Below the pieces are notes generated by a model. It did not search any database, was not told where the DNA came from, and saw nothing but the letters and a program-made list of their open reading frames with translations. Source: an uncultured Kiloniellales bacterium (lineage in GTDB: Bacteria; Actinomycetota; Acidimicrobiia; Spongiisociales; UBA5794). From it: 64,000 nt of DNA. Shown piece by piece: positions 17,634 through 25,197 of this stretch. Location: NCBI GenBank assembly GCA_964196275.1, contig CAXMSN010000067.1, forward strand, positions 15,399 to 79,398, given 5' to 3'. A program made the position numbers and the translations under genes. Numbering within the stretch: the first letter of the stretch is position 1; every line of letters starts with the position of its first letter.

Positions 17634-18143
17634 ATGAAGCCGAGCTACACGACGTCGCTGGTCATCGGGTCCGTCCTGGGCCTCGTCATGGGTGTCGTCC
17701 TTGCGACATACATCGCGGCAACCGGTGGCGTTCCGTCCCTGATCGTCGAACTCGAAGGCGCAGACGTTGTACCGACTATCGCTCCTGCCGCATCGGCGAT
17801 GTGGATCACCGTGATCATCGCCGGGCTCATCGGAGGATGGATCCTCGCCGTCGGTACCAAGGCGATCGCCAGCGTCATCGAGCCGGGGGGCGACACAGCG
17901 TCGGTCACCCTGGTCGGAACCATCGGTGCGGTTGTCGGGGCCACCGTTGCTGTCGTCGTCATGCCTCTCGGGATCACGATCTTGGGCTCCGTCACAGACG
18001 GCCTAGCCATCATCGGCGTCGCCGATCTGATCGTTCTCGCTGCGATCACAGGCTTAGTCGCTGGCGGTGCCGTGGTGTGGTTGTCGTACGTTCTGGCCCG
18101 CCAGCCACAACACGTCGAGGACACAGACCTTCTCGCCGCCTAG
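17634..18143 (+). CDS. hypothetical polytopic membrane protein (Gly/Ala/Val/Ile-rich)
   Basis: 169 aa with 4-5 hydrophobic segments. It is the last + strand gene of the 13600..18143 block. Confidence 0.65.
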   Translation: MKPSYTTSLVIGSVLGLVMGVVLATYIAATGGVPSLIVELEGADVVPTIAPAASAMWITVIIAGLIGGWILAVGTKAIASVIEPGGDTASVTLVGTIGAVVGATVAVVVMPLGITILGSVTDGLAIIGVADLIVLAAITGLVAGGAVVWLSYVLARQPQHVEDTDLLAA

Positions 18144-18169
18144 AGATTCAGCGGCCGTCCAGGTTGCGA

Positions 18170-18238
18170 CCTATCCATGCTGCCTTATCCGTGCCGCCTT
18201 ATCCGTGCCGCCCTATCCGTGCCGCCTTACCCACTGTG
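18170..18238. repeat. 14-nt tandem repeat, about 5 units (ccttatccgtgccg)
   Basis: The units are cctatccatgctg / ccttatccgtgccg / ccttatccgtgccg / ccctatccgtgccg / ccttacccactgtg. The last unit overlaps the stop codon and final codons of the minus-strand gene 18227..18583. Confidence 0.9.
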
Positions 18239-18583
18239 TTCGTGCACAGAATCGGCATCTGCGTGCTCGATGAGGACCGCCATCTGCTCGCCGTATGCAC
18301 CCGCTTCGAAGGTCACGACAACGCGCTGACCGGTGACGACGTGATCTCGAAGGTGTGAAAGCGGACCACCGTAGAACAGGAGCCCGGGCGTCGGCTTGAA
18401 GAAGTGGCTCTTGCCTTCTGAGTCCATGATGACAAGGGACACAACAGCCGTCAGATCGCCGGTGACCTCGGTCACGATGCCTTCAACGGCGTTCGGCTCA
18501 ACCGAATCGTCGGATGCGCAACCAGACACGATCAAGAGGGCCGCGATCACGCCGAACAGAAGCGTCACCCTTCGGTAGCTCAC
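18227..18583 (-). CDS. small lipoprotein with His-rich C-terminus
   Basis: I trimmed the ORF to GTG-18583, 1 nt after the upstream gene's TGA. It reads 'VSYRRVTLLFGVIAALLIVSGC' (lipobox) and ends '..EHADADSVHEHSG'. Confidence 0.6.
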   Translation of the reverse strand: MSYRRVTLLFGVIAALLIVSGCASDDSVEPNAVEGIVTEVTGDLTAVVSLVIMDSEGKSHFFKPTPGLLFYGGPLSHLRDHVVTGQRVVVTFEAGAYGEQMAVLIEHADADSVHEHSG

Positions 18584-18584
18584 T

Positions 18585-19436
18585 TCACGAATCGGCAAGG
18601 ATCGCCTCAAGCTCTCCATCACCAAGCACGCCTTCGATCCTGGCGATGACAACACCATCCTCATCCATCACGAAGATCCACGGCTCAGACGGGAGGCCGA
18701 ACTCCACAACGGCGGGAACGAGGTGGTCTACATCGGGGGCGAAGCCCTCTTCGTTGAAACCTTCGTACACCTCGATATGGATGAAATTGACGTCGGAGGT
18801 CGTGGCCAGGATCTCCTTCGCTTGGTTCACGAGAGGGCCACACGTCGCAGACACGCAGTACGCGGGCGTCGCGAACAGCACGACCGTTTTCTGGCCGTTC
18901 TCCAGCAGGTCGTCGAGCGATGACTCGTACAGCACTGGCAGCGGTTCCGCATCTGTCGTGAGGTCCTCGATCGGTCGATCAGCCAGGGTTGGCGTCTTCA
19001 CCCTTGGCGCCGGTTCCCCTATCGCAACGGTCTGCGGCTCAGCTTGGACATCGATCAGGAAGGGCTCGGTGTCTTCCCCCGTCGAGATCGTGAAGTCGAT
19101 CTCCCATAGACCGGCACGATCGAACGGGACGTAGGCGCGATACAGACCGATGGATCCAGGGACGATCCACGTGAAGATCGCATCGGCCTTGATCTTGTTG
19201 TCCGGCGCCTCGAGTGAATGGGCCACGAGCGACACGCTCTCCTCAGGCGATCCACGGCGAGTCCCATTGATCTCGTTGACCCCGAACAGCAGCCGATCGT
19301 CGCCGACGGCGGGATCAGTGGACGCCCGGATACCGATGAGAACGTCTCCACTTTGCGGCTGTGCAGGCTGATCGTCAGACGAACATGAGGCGAGAACGAA
19401 GGCAAATGCAAGACCTGCGGCGACGATGCGTTTCAT
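18585..19436 (-). CDS. thioredoxin-fold (TlpA/redoxin-like) lipoprotein
   Basis: Start ATG-19436: 'MKRIVAAGLAFAFVLASC' (lipobox). The C-terminal domain carries 'TVVLFATPAYCVSATCGP' (CxxxC in a thioredoxin-like context). Confidence 0.75.
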   Translation of the reverse strand: MKRIVAAGLAFAFVLASCSSDDQPAQPQSGDVLIGIRASTDPAVGDDRLLFGVNEINGTRRGSPEESVSLVAHSLEAPDNKIKADAIFTWIVPGSIGLYRAYVPFDRAGLWEIDFTISTGEDTEPFLIDVQAEPQTVAIGEPAPRVKTPTLADRPIEDLTTDAEPLPVLYESSLDDLLENGQKTVVLFATPAYCVSATCGPLVNQAKEILATTSDVNFIHIEVYEGFNEEGFAPDVDHLVPAVVEFGLPSEPWIFVMDEDGVVIARIEGVLGDGELEAILADS

Positions 19437-19499
19437 GGCGAGAACGGTAGGTGCCGGCGCTACATACGACACATCACACCCCTACATGTCGCCCGTCGG

Positions 19500-20075
19500 T
19501 TATGGGGCCGCTGAGCTGTCCGATCCGAACGAATTCCAGACGTCCGATACGGCATCGATGAACTCGCCGCCAGCCCACACCAACAGCAGAAAGAAGAGAA
19601 GGAGAACCAACGCGGTGCCGATACCTCGGACCCACCCGATCCACGACTCCTTCTCGGCAAAGATCGAGTTCCACATCTCGCCGACAAGTCCGATGCGTGG
19701 CTCTCTCTCCGGCTTAACGGCTGGGACGACCGGGGTCTCTTGAGAGGTGGCAACCGGTTGCTCGACGGTGGTGAACTTCTTCTCCTCGACGTCGTCCACC
19801 ACGGATACGTTCGCGTCCGCCAGATCTGGCCTCCGTTCCTCCAACGCAGAAACATCCACATCGAGTGCGGCTGCCAATTGCGGGACCACCGCCGTTGCCG
19901 GGGCTACCTCGTCACGCTCCCATCTCCTCACCGACGACGGTGATCGGCCGATGGTCGCGGCGAGTTGGCCGAGCGACAGTCCCTGCTGGAGTCTCGACTC
20001 GCGGATGAACCGGCCCATGGAGGTTGCTTCGTTCATGAGACGCAGGATATCCGCAATCTCCAGTTCGGCAGGCAC
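19500..20075 (-). CDS. XRE-type helix-turn-helix protein with C-terminal membrane anchor (RodZ-like architecture)
   Basis: 191 aa. 'IRESRLQQGLSLGQLAATIGRSPSSVRRWERDEV' forms the HTH. A C-terminal TM reads 'GTALVLLLFFLLLVWAGG'. GTG start with GGGGAA upstream. Confidence 0.8.
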   Translation of the reverse strand: MPAELEIADILRLMNEATSMGRFIRESRLQQGLSLGQLAATIGRSPSSVRRWERDEVAPATAVVPQLAAALDVDVSALEERRPDLADANVSVVDDVEEKKFTTVEQPVATSQETPVVPAVKPEREPRIGLVGEMWNSIFAEKESWIGWVRGIGTALVLLLFFLLLVWAGGEFIDAVSDVWNSFGSDSSAAP

Positions 20076-20114
20076 CGACTTCCCCTAATGTGATACCAAC
20101 ACGAAAGGATCCCC

Positions 20115-21938
20115 ATGCCAGCTGATGTCTCAACACTCGCGGAGCTGTACTCACAGAGCGTCGCCGCCTTCCCTGATAATCCTCTTTTCGGAAACCGCAC
20201 GCCTGACGGGACATGGGAGTGGATGAGCTATCGCGAGTTCGGCGAAGCGATCGACAAGGCTCGCGGCGGACTCCAATCGCTTGGTGTCACCAATGGTGAC
20301 CGCGTCGCGATCATCTCGGACAACAGGACCGAATGGGCCGTTGGCGCATATGCCGCATACAGCCTCGGCGCCGCCTGGGTGCCGATGTACGAAGCCCAAA
20401 CGCAGAAGGACTGGAAGTTCATCCTCAAGGATTCAGGCGCCAAGGTCCTGTTCGTAGCAACAGACGGTATCCGTGCCCAGATCGAAGAGATCCAGGGCGA
20501 GATCGAGTCGCTTGAGTCGGTCATCGTGATCGACGATCCGGCTGGAGGCAAGGCGATCGATTACACCGAGCTCCTCGCCCGTGGTGCGGCCAACCCTGCT
20601 GGTTCAGCCGTTGTGAAGCCGAACGATCTGGCCGGACTCATCTACACGTCAGGTACCACCGGGAATCCCAAGGGCGTGATGCTGTCCCATGCGAACATCA
20701 CCTCGAACCTCAATGCGCTGTCGGTGATCTTCCCTCTTGAGGAAGAAGACCGCTCCGCATCGTTCCTCCCATGGGCACACTCGTTCGGTCAGACCGTTGA
20801 ACTGCATGCACTCATCTTCTTCGGCTCATCGACCGGGTTGACAAGCGCAAGGACGCTCATCCGTGACATGCCTGAGATTCACCCGACCATCCTCGTGGCC
20901 GTGCCGACGGTCTTCAACAAGGTCTACGACGGCCTGCAGAAGATGATGGAGGAGAAAGGCGGGATCACGAAGAAGCTCTTCGACGCAGCCATCGCCAATG
21001 CGCACAAGCGCAATGAGATGACCCAAAGGGGTGCCAAGAGCAAGCTCGTGGATATGAAGCACAACCTGTTCGACTCGCTGGTCTTCTCGAAGGTCAGAGC
21101 GAGCTTCGGCGGCAAGGTGCGCTACGCGTTCTCTGGTGGCGCAGCCATCTCGACAGAGGTTGCCGAGTTGATCTCAGCCGTGGGAATCACGGTGTATGAG
21201 GGCTACGGGCTTACCGAGACAAGCCCGATCGTGACCTGCAACATCAAGCAAGCACGACGGATCGGCTCTGTCGGCCGTGCGATCCCCGGCGTGACAGTGA
21301 CCATCGATACCGAGGTCACCGGCGACAAGGAGATCGGTGAGATCGTCGTCCACGGGCCAAACGTCATGGTGGGCTACTACCACCTGCCTGAGGCCAACGA
21401 CGAGGTCTTCACCCACGATCGCGGCTTCCGAACGGGCGACCTTGGGCATGTCGATGCGGATGGCTACCTGTACATCCGTGGGCGCATCAAGGAGCAGTAC
21501 AAGCTTGAGAATGGCAAGTACGTCGTGCCGTCACCGATCGAGGAGATCCTGACGCTGTCGGGCTACATCCTCCAGGTCATGGTCTACGGCGAACAGCGAC
21601 CCCACAACGTGGCGGTGATCATCCCCGACTTCGACTACCTCGGGAAATGGGCAGCGGAGAACGGAGTCGATGCATCCGACCCTGAGGCGCTGATCGCAGA
21701 CGACCGGGTGATCGAACTGTTCAAGACCGAGGTCAACCGTGCGCAGAGCGACATCAAACACTATGAGCGGATCAGAGACTTCATCCTTGCCACCGAAGAG
21801 TGGACACCGGAGAACGGCATGCTCACGCCGTCATTGAAGATCAAGCGGCGGACACTCATGGCCCAGTTCGGCGAAGGGATCAACGAGCTGTACGCCGGCG
21901 ACGATCCTCTGCTCGGCAGGGACACACAGACGAAGTAG
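20115..21938 (+). CDS. fadD: long-chain fatty-acid--CoA ligase (AMP-dependent synthetase)
   Basis: 607 aa. AMP-binding motifs 'LIYTSGTTGNPKGVMLSH', 'GYGLTETS' and 'GDLG..DADGYLYIRGRIK'. Confidence 0.92.
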   Translation: MPADVSTLAELYSQSVAAFPDNPLFGNRTPDGTWEWMSYREFGEAIDKARGGLQSLGVTNGDRVAIISDNRTEWAVGAYAAYSLGAAWVPMYEAQTQKDWKFILKDSGAKVLFVATDGIRAQIEEIQGEIESLESVIVIDDPAGGKAIDYTELLARGAANPAGSAVVKPNDLAGLIYTSGTTGNPKGVMLSHANITSNLNALSVIFPLEEEDRSASFLPWAHSFGQTVELHALIFFGSSTGLTSARTLIRDMPEIHPTILVAVPTVFNKVYDGLQKMMEEKGGITKKLFDAAIANAHKRNEMTQRGAKSKLVDMKHNLFDSLVFSKVRASFGGKVRYAFSGGAAISTEVAELISAVGITVYEGYGLTETSPIVTCNIKQARRIGSVGRAIPGVTVTIDTEVTGDKEIGEIVVHGPNVMVGYYHLPEANDEVFTHDRGFRTGDLGHVDADGYLYIRGRIKEQYKLENGKYVVPSPIEEILTLSGYILQVMVYGEQRPHNVAVIIPDFDYLGKWAAENGVDASDPEALIADDRVIELFKTEVNRAQSDIKHYERIRDFILATEEWTPENGMLTPSLKIKRRTLMAQFGEGINELYAGDDPLLGRDTQTK

Positions 21939-21950
21939 AGGCAGAGAACC

Positions 21951-21993
21951 AAAACGACAGCGGGGCCGCATATCGCGGCCCCGCTGTCGTTTT
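21951..21993. terminator. bidirectional intrinsic terminator (19-bp perfect stem)
   Basis: 'aaaacgacagcggggccgc-atatc-gcggccccgctgtcgtttt'. A-run and T-run flanks give a U-tract on both strands. It sits between the fadD stop (21938) and the 3' end of tRNA-Sec. Confidence 0.9.
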
Positions 21994-22087
21994 GGCGGAG
22001 GCGGACGGGAATCGAACCCGCCAGGGAACTTTCGCCCCCTCGTCGGTTTTGAAGACCGCGACGTCCACCAGGCACGCAATCGCCTCC
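21993..22087 (-). tRNA. selC: tRNA-Sec (anticodon UCA), 95 nt with encoded CCA
   Basis: The minus strand reads GGAGGCGATTGCGTGCCTGGTGGACGTCGCGGTCTTCAAAACCGACGAGGGGGCGAAAGTTCCCTGGCGGGTTCGATTCCCGTCCGCCTCCGCCA. Its features:
- Anticodon loop CUUCAAA (UCA).
- 8-position acceptor stem (7 bp plus A.C), discriminator G and CCA.
- 5-bp T stem with loop TTCGATT.
- ~7-bp variable arm closed by a GAAA tetraloop.
- D-arm with a 4-nt loop (UGGU). Confidence 0.9.
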
Positions 22088-22119
22088 ACGAGCAAGGGTA
22101 CTTCGCATAGGATTGATGC

Positions 22120-22551
22120 ATGACTCGCACCTTCCAAGTGACGTTCGATGCGCACGACCCGGCCGCACTCGCGGCCTTTTGGGCCAAGGCGCTGGGATAC
22201 GACGTTGAGCCTCCTCCGGACGGATTCGAGACATGGGCGGACTATGCCGACGAGATCGGGCTGCCCATGGAGGATCGCAACAGCCTCGCCGCCGCCATCG
22301 ACCCAAGTGGCGATGGCCCGAGGCTCCTGTTCCAGATGGTCCCTGAGTCGAAGGTCTCCAAGAACCGTGTCCATCTCGATATTGATGTCGCAGATCCCAC
22401 TGCCGCGGCTGAACATCGTGAGGCAGCAATCGATGCCGAAGTCACGCGGCTCGTGGCCCTCGGAGCAACCAAGATCGCTGTCCACGGGAGCGAGCATCAG
22501 ACGTGGACGGTGATGCAGGACCCCGAGGGCAATGAGTTCTGCGTCCAGTAA
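22120..22551 (+). CDS. VOC/glyoxalase-like domain protein
   Basis: 143 aa. 'FQVTFDAHDPAALAAFWAKALGY..NRVHLDIDV..VMQDPEGNEFCV' is the typical glyoxalase-like pattern. Confidence 0.75.
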   Translation: MTRTFQVTFDAHDPAALAAFWAKALGYDVEPPPDGFETWADYADEIGLPMEDRNSLAAAIDPSGDGPRLLFQMVPESKVSKNRVHLDIDVADPTAAAEHREAAIDAEVTRLVALGATKIAVHGSEHQTWTVMQDPEGNEFCVQ

Positions 22552-22622
22552 CAAGGGTTGTATGGAGTGGCGTCTCACTCTCACTATGCTCCATCGGACT
22601 ACTCGCGAACGCAGGGAAGAGC

Positions 22623-22931
22623 ATGGCTGACGCAACGTTGATGGTGTGGATCGATCAGGATCTGTGCACCGGTGATGGAATCTGTGAAGAGATCGCACCC
22701 GACGTATTCCAAGCACGCGACGACGGCCTGTGGGTCGTCAAGGAAGCCGCTTCTGTGTGGGGCGCCGACATCGTCTTCGATGGCGAGCAAGCGCCAGACG
22801 GAAGCCGCGGCGTTGCCCGGGTTCCCGATGACCAGCTCGACATCGTTGTCGAAGCGGCCGAGGAATGCCCCGGCGAGTGCATCATGATCGAGCCGTTCGA
22901 CCAGGACACGTTCGCCAAGCGCGGCGGCTGA
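22623..22931 (+). CDS. ferredoxin ([3Fe-4S]-type CxxDxxC...CP)
   Basis: 102 aa. 'DQDLCTGDGICEEIAPDVF' plus a distal 'ECPGECI'. Confidence 0.85.
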   Translation: MADATLMVWIDQDLCTGDGICEEIAPDVFQARDDGLWVVKEAASVWGADIVFDGEQAPDGSRGVARVPDDQLDIVVEAAEECPGECIMIEPFDQDTFAKRGG

Positions 22932-22937
22932 GAACGA

Positions 22938-24017
22938 TCAGGTCTCGGGTGGCGGCGCTCTCCGCTGCGACTCGTCTGCCTTATGGATCGCCCCATGGAT
23001 GGCCCTGTGGTGACTTCTACAGAGCAGACGCGTGTTGTCAAGTGACGTCGACCCACCGTTCGCCCAGTGGATGATGTGGTGGGCATCACACCACGACGCC
23101 GGTGCCGTGCACCCGGTCCATGTGCACCCACCATCCCGCATCTCGAGAGCCCGTCTGAGTGACGGCGGGATCGTCCGCACCCGCCTGCCGACGTCGATCG
23201 GCTGAGATTCGGAGTCGATGAGCATGCGGACGACGCCAGCATCGCACAGCATGCGTTTGATGGCTTCCAGGTCAACCGGGGATCCGTCGATCTCGGAAAG
23301 TCGTTGTCTGTCACCCACGAGCGTTGCGTAATCGATGGTGATCGTTGCATGCGGCTTCTCGCCACCCGATGTCCTCACCGACTGATTGTGGTCCAGCCAG
23401 AACCGGCAGATATCCACCAGAGCGTCAGCCCGACGCTGTCTCGGCGAGCGTGACTCAGCTGCATCGATGTTGGATGCGTGAACGAGGGAGTTCAGCGCTG
23501 TATCAATGAAGTGGCCACCTTCAGGTGCAAACGTGCCCTTGGTCGCCCATAGGCCCTCGAACGTCTGATCGTGGTGGAACCCGCGGAGCGCCTCGAGCTT
23601 CTTGGCGTCAGCGAGTGCATCGTCATAGTTGACCTGCTGTTCCCAGTGACCGATGGCCCGTCTCAGATCCTTGAGAGAGAGATATGTGGCGGTGTCTGCG
23701 AACACCTGCTCATGGATGGCGAATTCATCTGGGTAGCGATCCCTCGCTTGGCTGAGAAGTTGCACAGATCGCGACGGAACCTTTCCGTTGAGTGCGTTCC
23801 TCGTCACCGTTGGCATGTGGGAGAGGGCTCGTGCCACCTTGAGGGTTCCCGACGCCTCGCCCGACGACATGTAGCAGCGCTGCATCAACCAATTCGTCGT
23901 GGAGATCCGATGGTCCAGCACGGGTAACGCCCGGTCGTCGAGTTCCTTGACATGGATGGCAAGGAGAGCCGACACGGCATCGATGTGCTGCTTGAGACCG
24001 ACGACCGCCTGCTTCAA
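22938..24017 (-). CDS. DUF222 / HNH endonuclease (13E12-repeat-type). The N-terminus is apparently frameshifted, with the ancestral ATG at 24139.
   Basis: 359-aa ORF from TTG-24017. The HNH region reads 'CTWTGCTAPASWCDAHHIIHWANGGSTSLDNTRLLCRSHHRAIH'. Removing one copy of the 14-bp duplication at 24039..24066 joins it in-frame to ATG-24139 (MTNQNLAPCRAMVSIEDGEPLATQIQEHVDRLPNEALKQAVV..). Confidence 0.85.
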   Translation of the reverse strand: MKQAVVGLKQHIDAVSALLAIHVKELDDRALPVLDHRISTTNWLMQRCYMSSGEASGTLKVARALSHMPTVTRNALNGKVPSRSVQLLSQARDRYPDEFAIHEQVFADTATYLSLKDLRRAIGHWEQQVNYDDALADAKKLEALRGFHHDQTFEGLWATKGTFAPEGGHFIDTALNSLVHASNIDAAESRSPRQRRADALVDICRFWLDHNQSVRTSGGEKPHATITIDYATLVGDRQRLSEIDGSPVDLEAIKRMLCDAGVVRMLIDSESQPIDVGRRVRTIPPSLRRALEMRDGGCTWTGCTAPASWCDAHHIIHWANGGSTSLDNTRLLCRSHHRAIHGAIHKADESQRRAPPPET

Positions 24018-24038
24018 CGCCTCATTGGGCAGACGATC

Positions 24039-24066
24039 GACGTGCTCTTGTAGACGTGCTCTTGTA
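24039..24066. repeat. perfect 14-bp tandem duplication (gacgtgctcttgta x2)
   Basis: Read directly from the sequence. It lies in the 5' region of the DUF222/HNH gene. The length is not a multiple of 3. Confidence 0.95.
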
Positions 24067-24151
24067 TCTGTGTGGCGAGTGGCTCGCCGTCCTCAATCGA
24101 GACCATCGCCCGGCATGGAGCCAAGTTCTGGTTTGTCATCTCACTATGGTA

Positions 24152-24167
24152 TCGAACATATGTTCGA
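24152..24167. promoter_or_regulatory. LexA SOS box (TCGAACATATGTTCGA)
   Basis: A perfect palindrome matching the mycobacterial/actinobacterial consensus TCGAAC-N4-GTTCGA. It lies 12 nt upstream of ATG-24139 of the HNH gene (minus strand). TACCAT at -12..-7 is a possible leaderless -10 element. The box is 124 nt upstream of TTG-24292 on the plus strand. Confidence 0.7.
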
Positions 24168-24291
24168 TTGTCAAGGCGGTACTTGCACCAGCTCCCTGTA
24201 CGCCATCGGCCTCGATAGATCGCACGCCCGCCATGTCCCTCGCGTATGCTTGAGCCGCCGCGGTGACGCGGGATGGGAAGGAAGACGCCTC

Positions 24292-25131
24292 TTGGAACCA
24301 GTCATAGCTGAACCACAGGCCCGAGAGCGCTCCTTCGTGCCACGACTGCCGTTCGACTCGTTCAGTGGCTTGGTACGGCACATCACGGCCGCTGGTCTCT
24401 CGGGATTGATCGCGGGCGTAATCGTTGGAGGAGTCGGCGGCCGCCTGTTCATGCGGATCGCAGGAGCGATCGCCAGTGACATCGCTCAGGGCAGATCTAC
24501 CGAAGCGGGCTTCACGGTCGGCGAGGTTACCGCTGGCGGAACCATCGGGTTGATCATCTTCCTTGGGATCTTCAGTGGTCTTTTCGGTGCCGTGTTCTAC
24601 GTGGCTCTCTTCCCATGGCTCACATGGTCAGGACGGTGGCGCGGCCTCGCCTTTGGAGTGACGATGTTCGCCGCGGTCAGCGCCACATCAGACCTGATGA
24701 ACCCCGACAACATCGACTTCTTCATCCTCAAGAACGAGCCGGTCTTGGTCGGCTTGATAGTCGCCCTGATCGTCGCATTCGGTCTGGTACTCGATGCGTC
24801 CTACCGCGTCATCGACCGGCGGCTGCCACCGCCTGACGTCAACGTGAACATCGTCTATTACGTTCTTTCAGCGGTCGGGTTGACATTCGTCGGTTTTGCC
24901 TTGCTCGCCCTCTTCACCGATCCCTGCGACTGCGAGCCACCAAGAGGCGTCGCATGGTCGATGGTCGTTGTCCTGGCTGGCACAGCGGCGTTGTGGCTCT
25001 CCGTCCTGCTCACGTCGCCACCCAAATGGCTCGGTTGGGCATCCACAGTCATCGGCTATCTCGGCGCCGCTGGCGTGCTGGTATTCGGGCTGATCCGCGC
25101 CGTCTCTGATGCAGTGGATATCATCCGCTAG
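24292..25131 (+). CDS. hypothetical polytopic membrane protein, tandem paralogue A
   Basis: I trimmed the 410-aa ORF to TTG-24292 (GGGAAGGAAGA SD, 6 nt spacer), by analogy with the paralogue's N-terminus. Shared blocks are 'RHITxAGxxGLxAGxxVxGxGxRLFMRxA', 'DIAQGRxTEAGFTVGEVTxGGTI', 'FYVALFPWL', 'DLMNPDNIDFxILKNEP' and 'CxCxPPxGVAWSM'. Confidence 0.65.
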   Translation: MEPVIAEPQARERSFVPRLPFDSFSGLVRHITAAGLSGLIAGVIVGGVGGRLFMRIAGAIASDIAQGRSTEAGFTVGEVTAGGTIGLIIFLGIFSGLFGAVFYVALFPWLTWSGRWRGLAFGVTMFAAVSATSDLMNPDNIDFFILKNEPVLVGLIVALIVAFGLVLDASYRVIDRRLPPPDVNVNIVYYVLSAVGLTFVGFALLALFTDPCDCEPPRGVAWSMVVVLAGTAALWLSVLLTSPPKWLGWASTVIGYLGAAGVLVFGLIRAVSDAVDIIR

Positions 25132-25197
25132 CCGGGACCGCACTACCCCTTCCATCGCAGATCTCACGATGTACGGTTGACAATGGAGAGGGAAGGC

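Noticed and set aside
18170-18238. Possible CRISPR array
   Set aside because: The units are contiguous 14-mers with no spacers, and no cas genes are present. It is a simple tandem repeat.
22938-24139. DUF222/HNH gene considered as a mobile element or part of a genomic island next to tRNA-Sec
   Set aside because: There is no integrase or transposase, no terminal inverted repeats, and no direct repeat of the tRNA 3' end. The flanking genes look like ordinary chromosomal genes.
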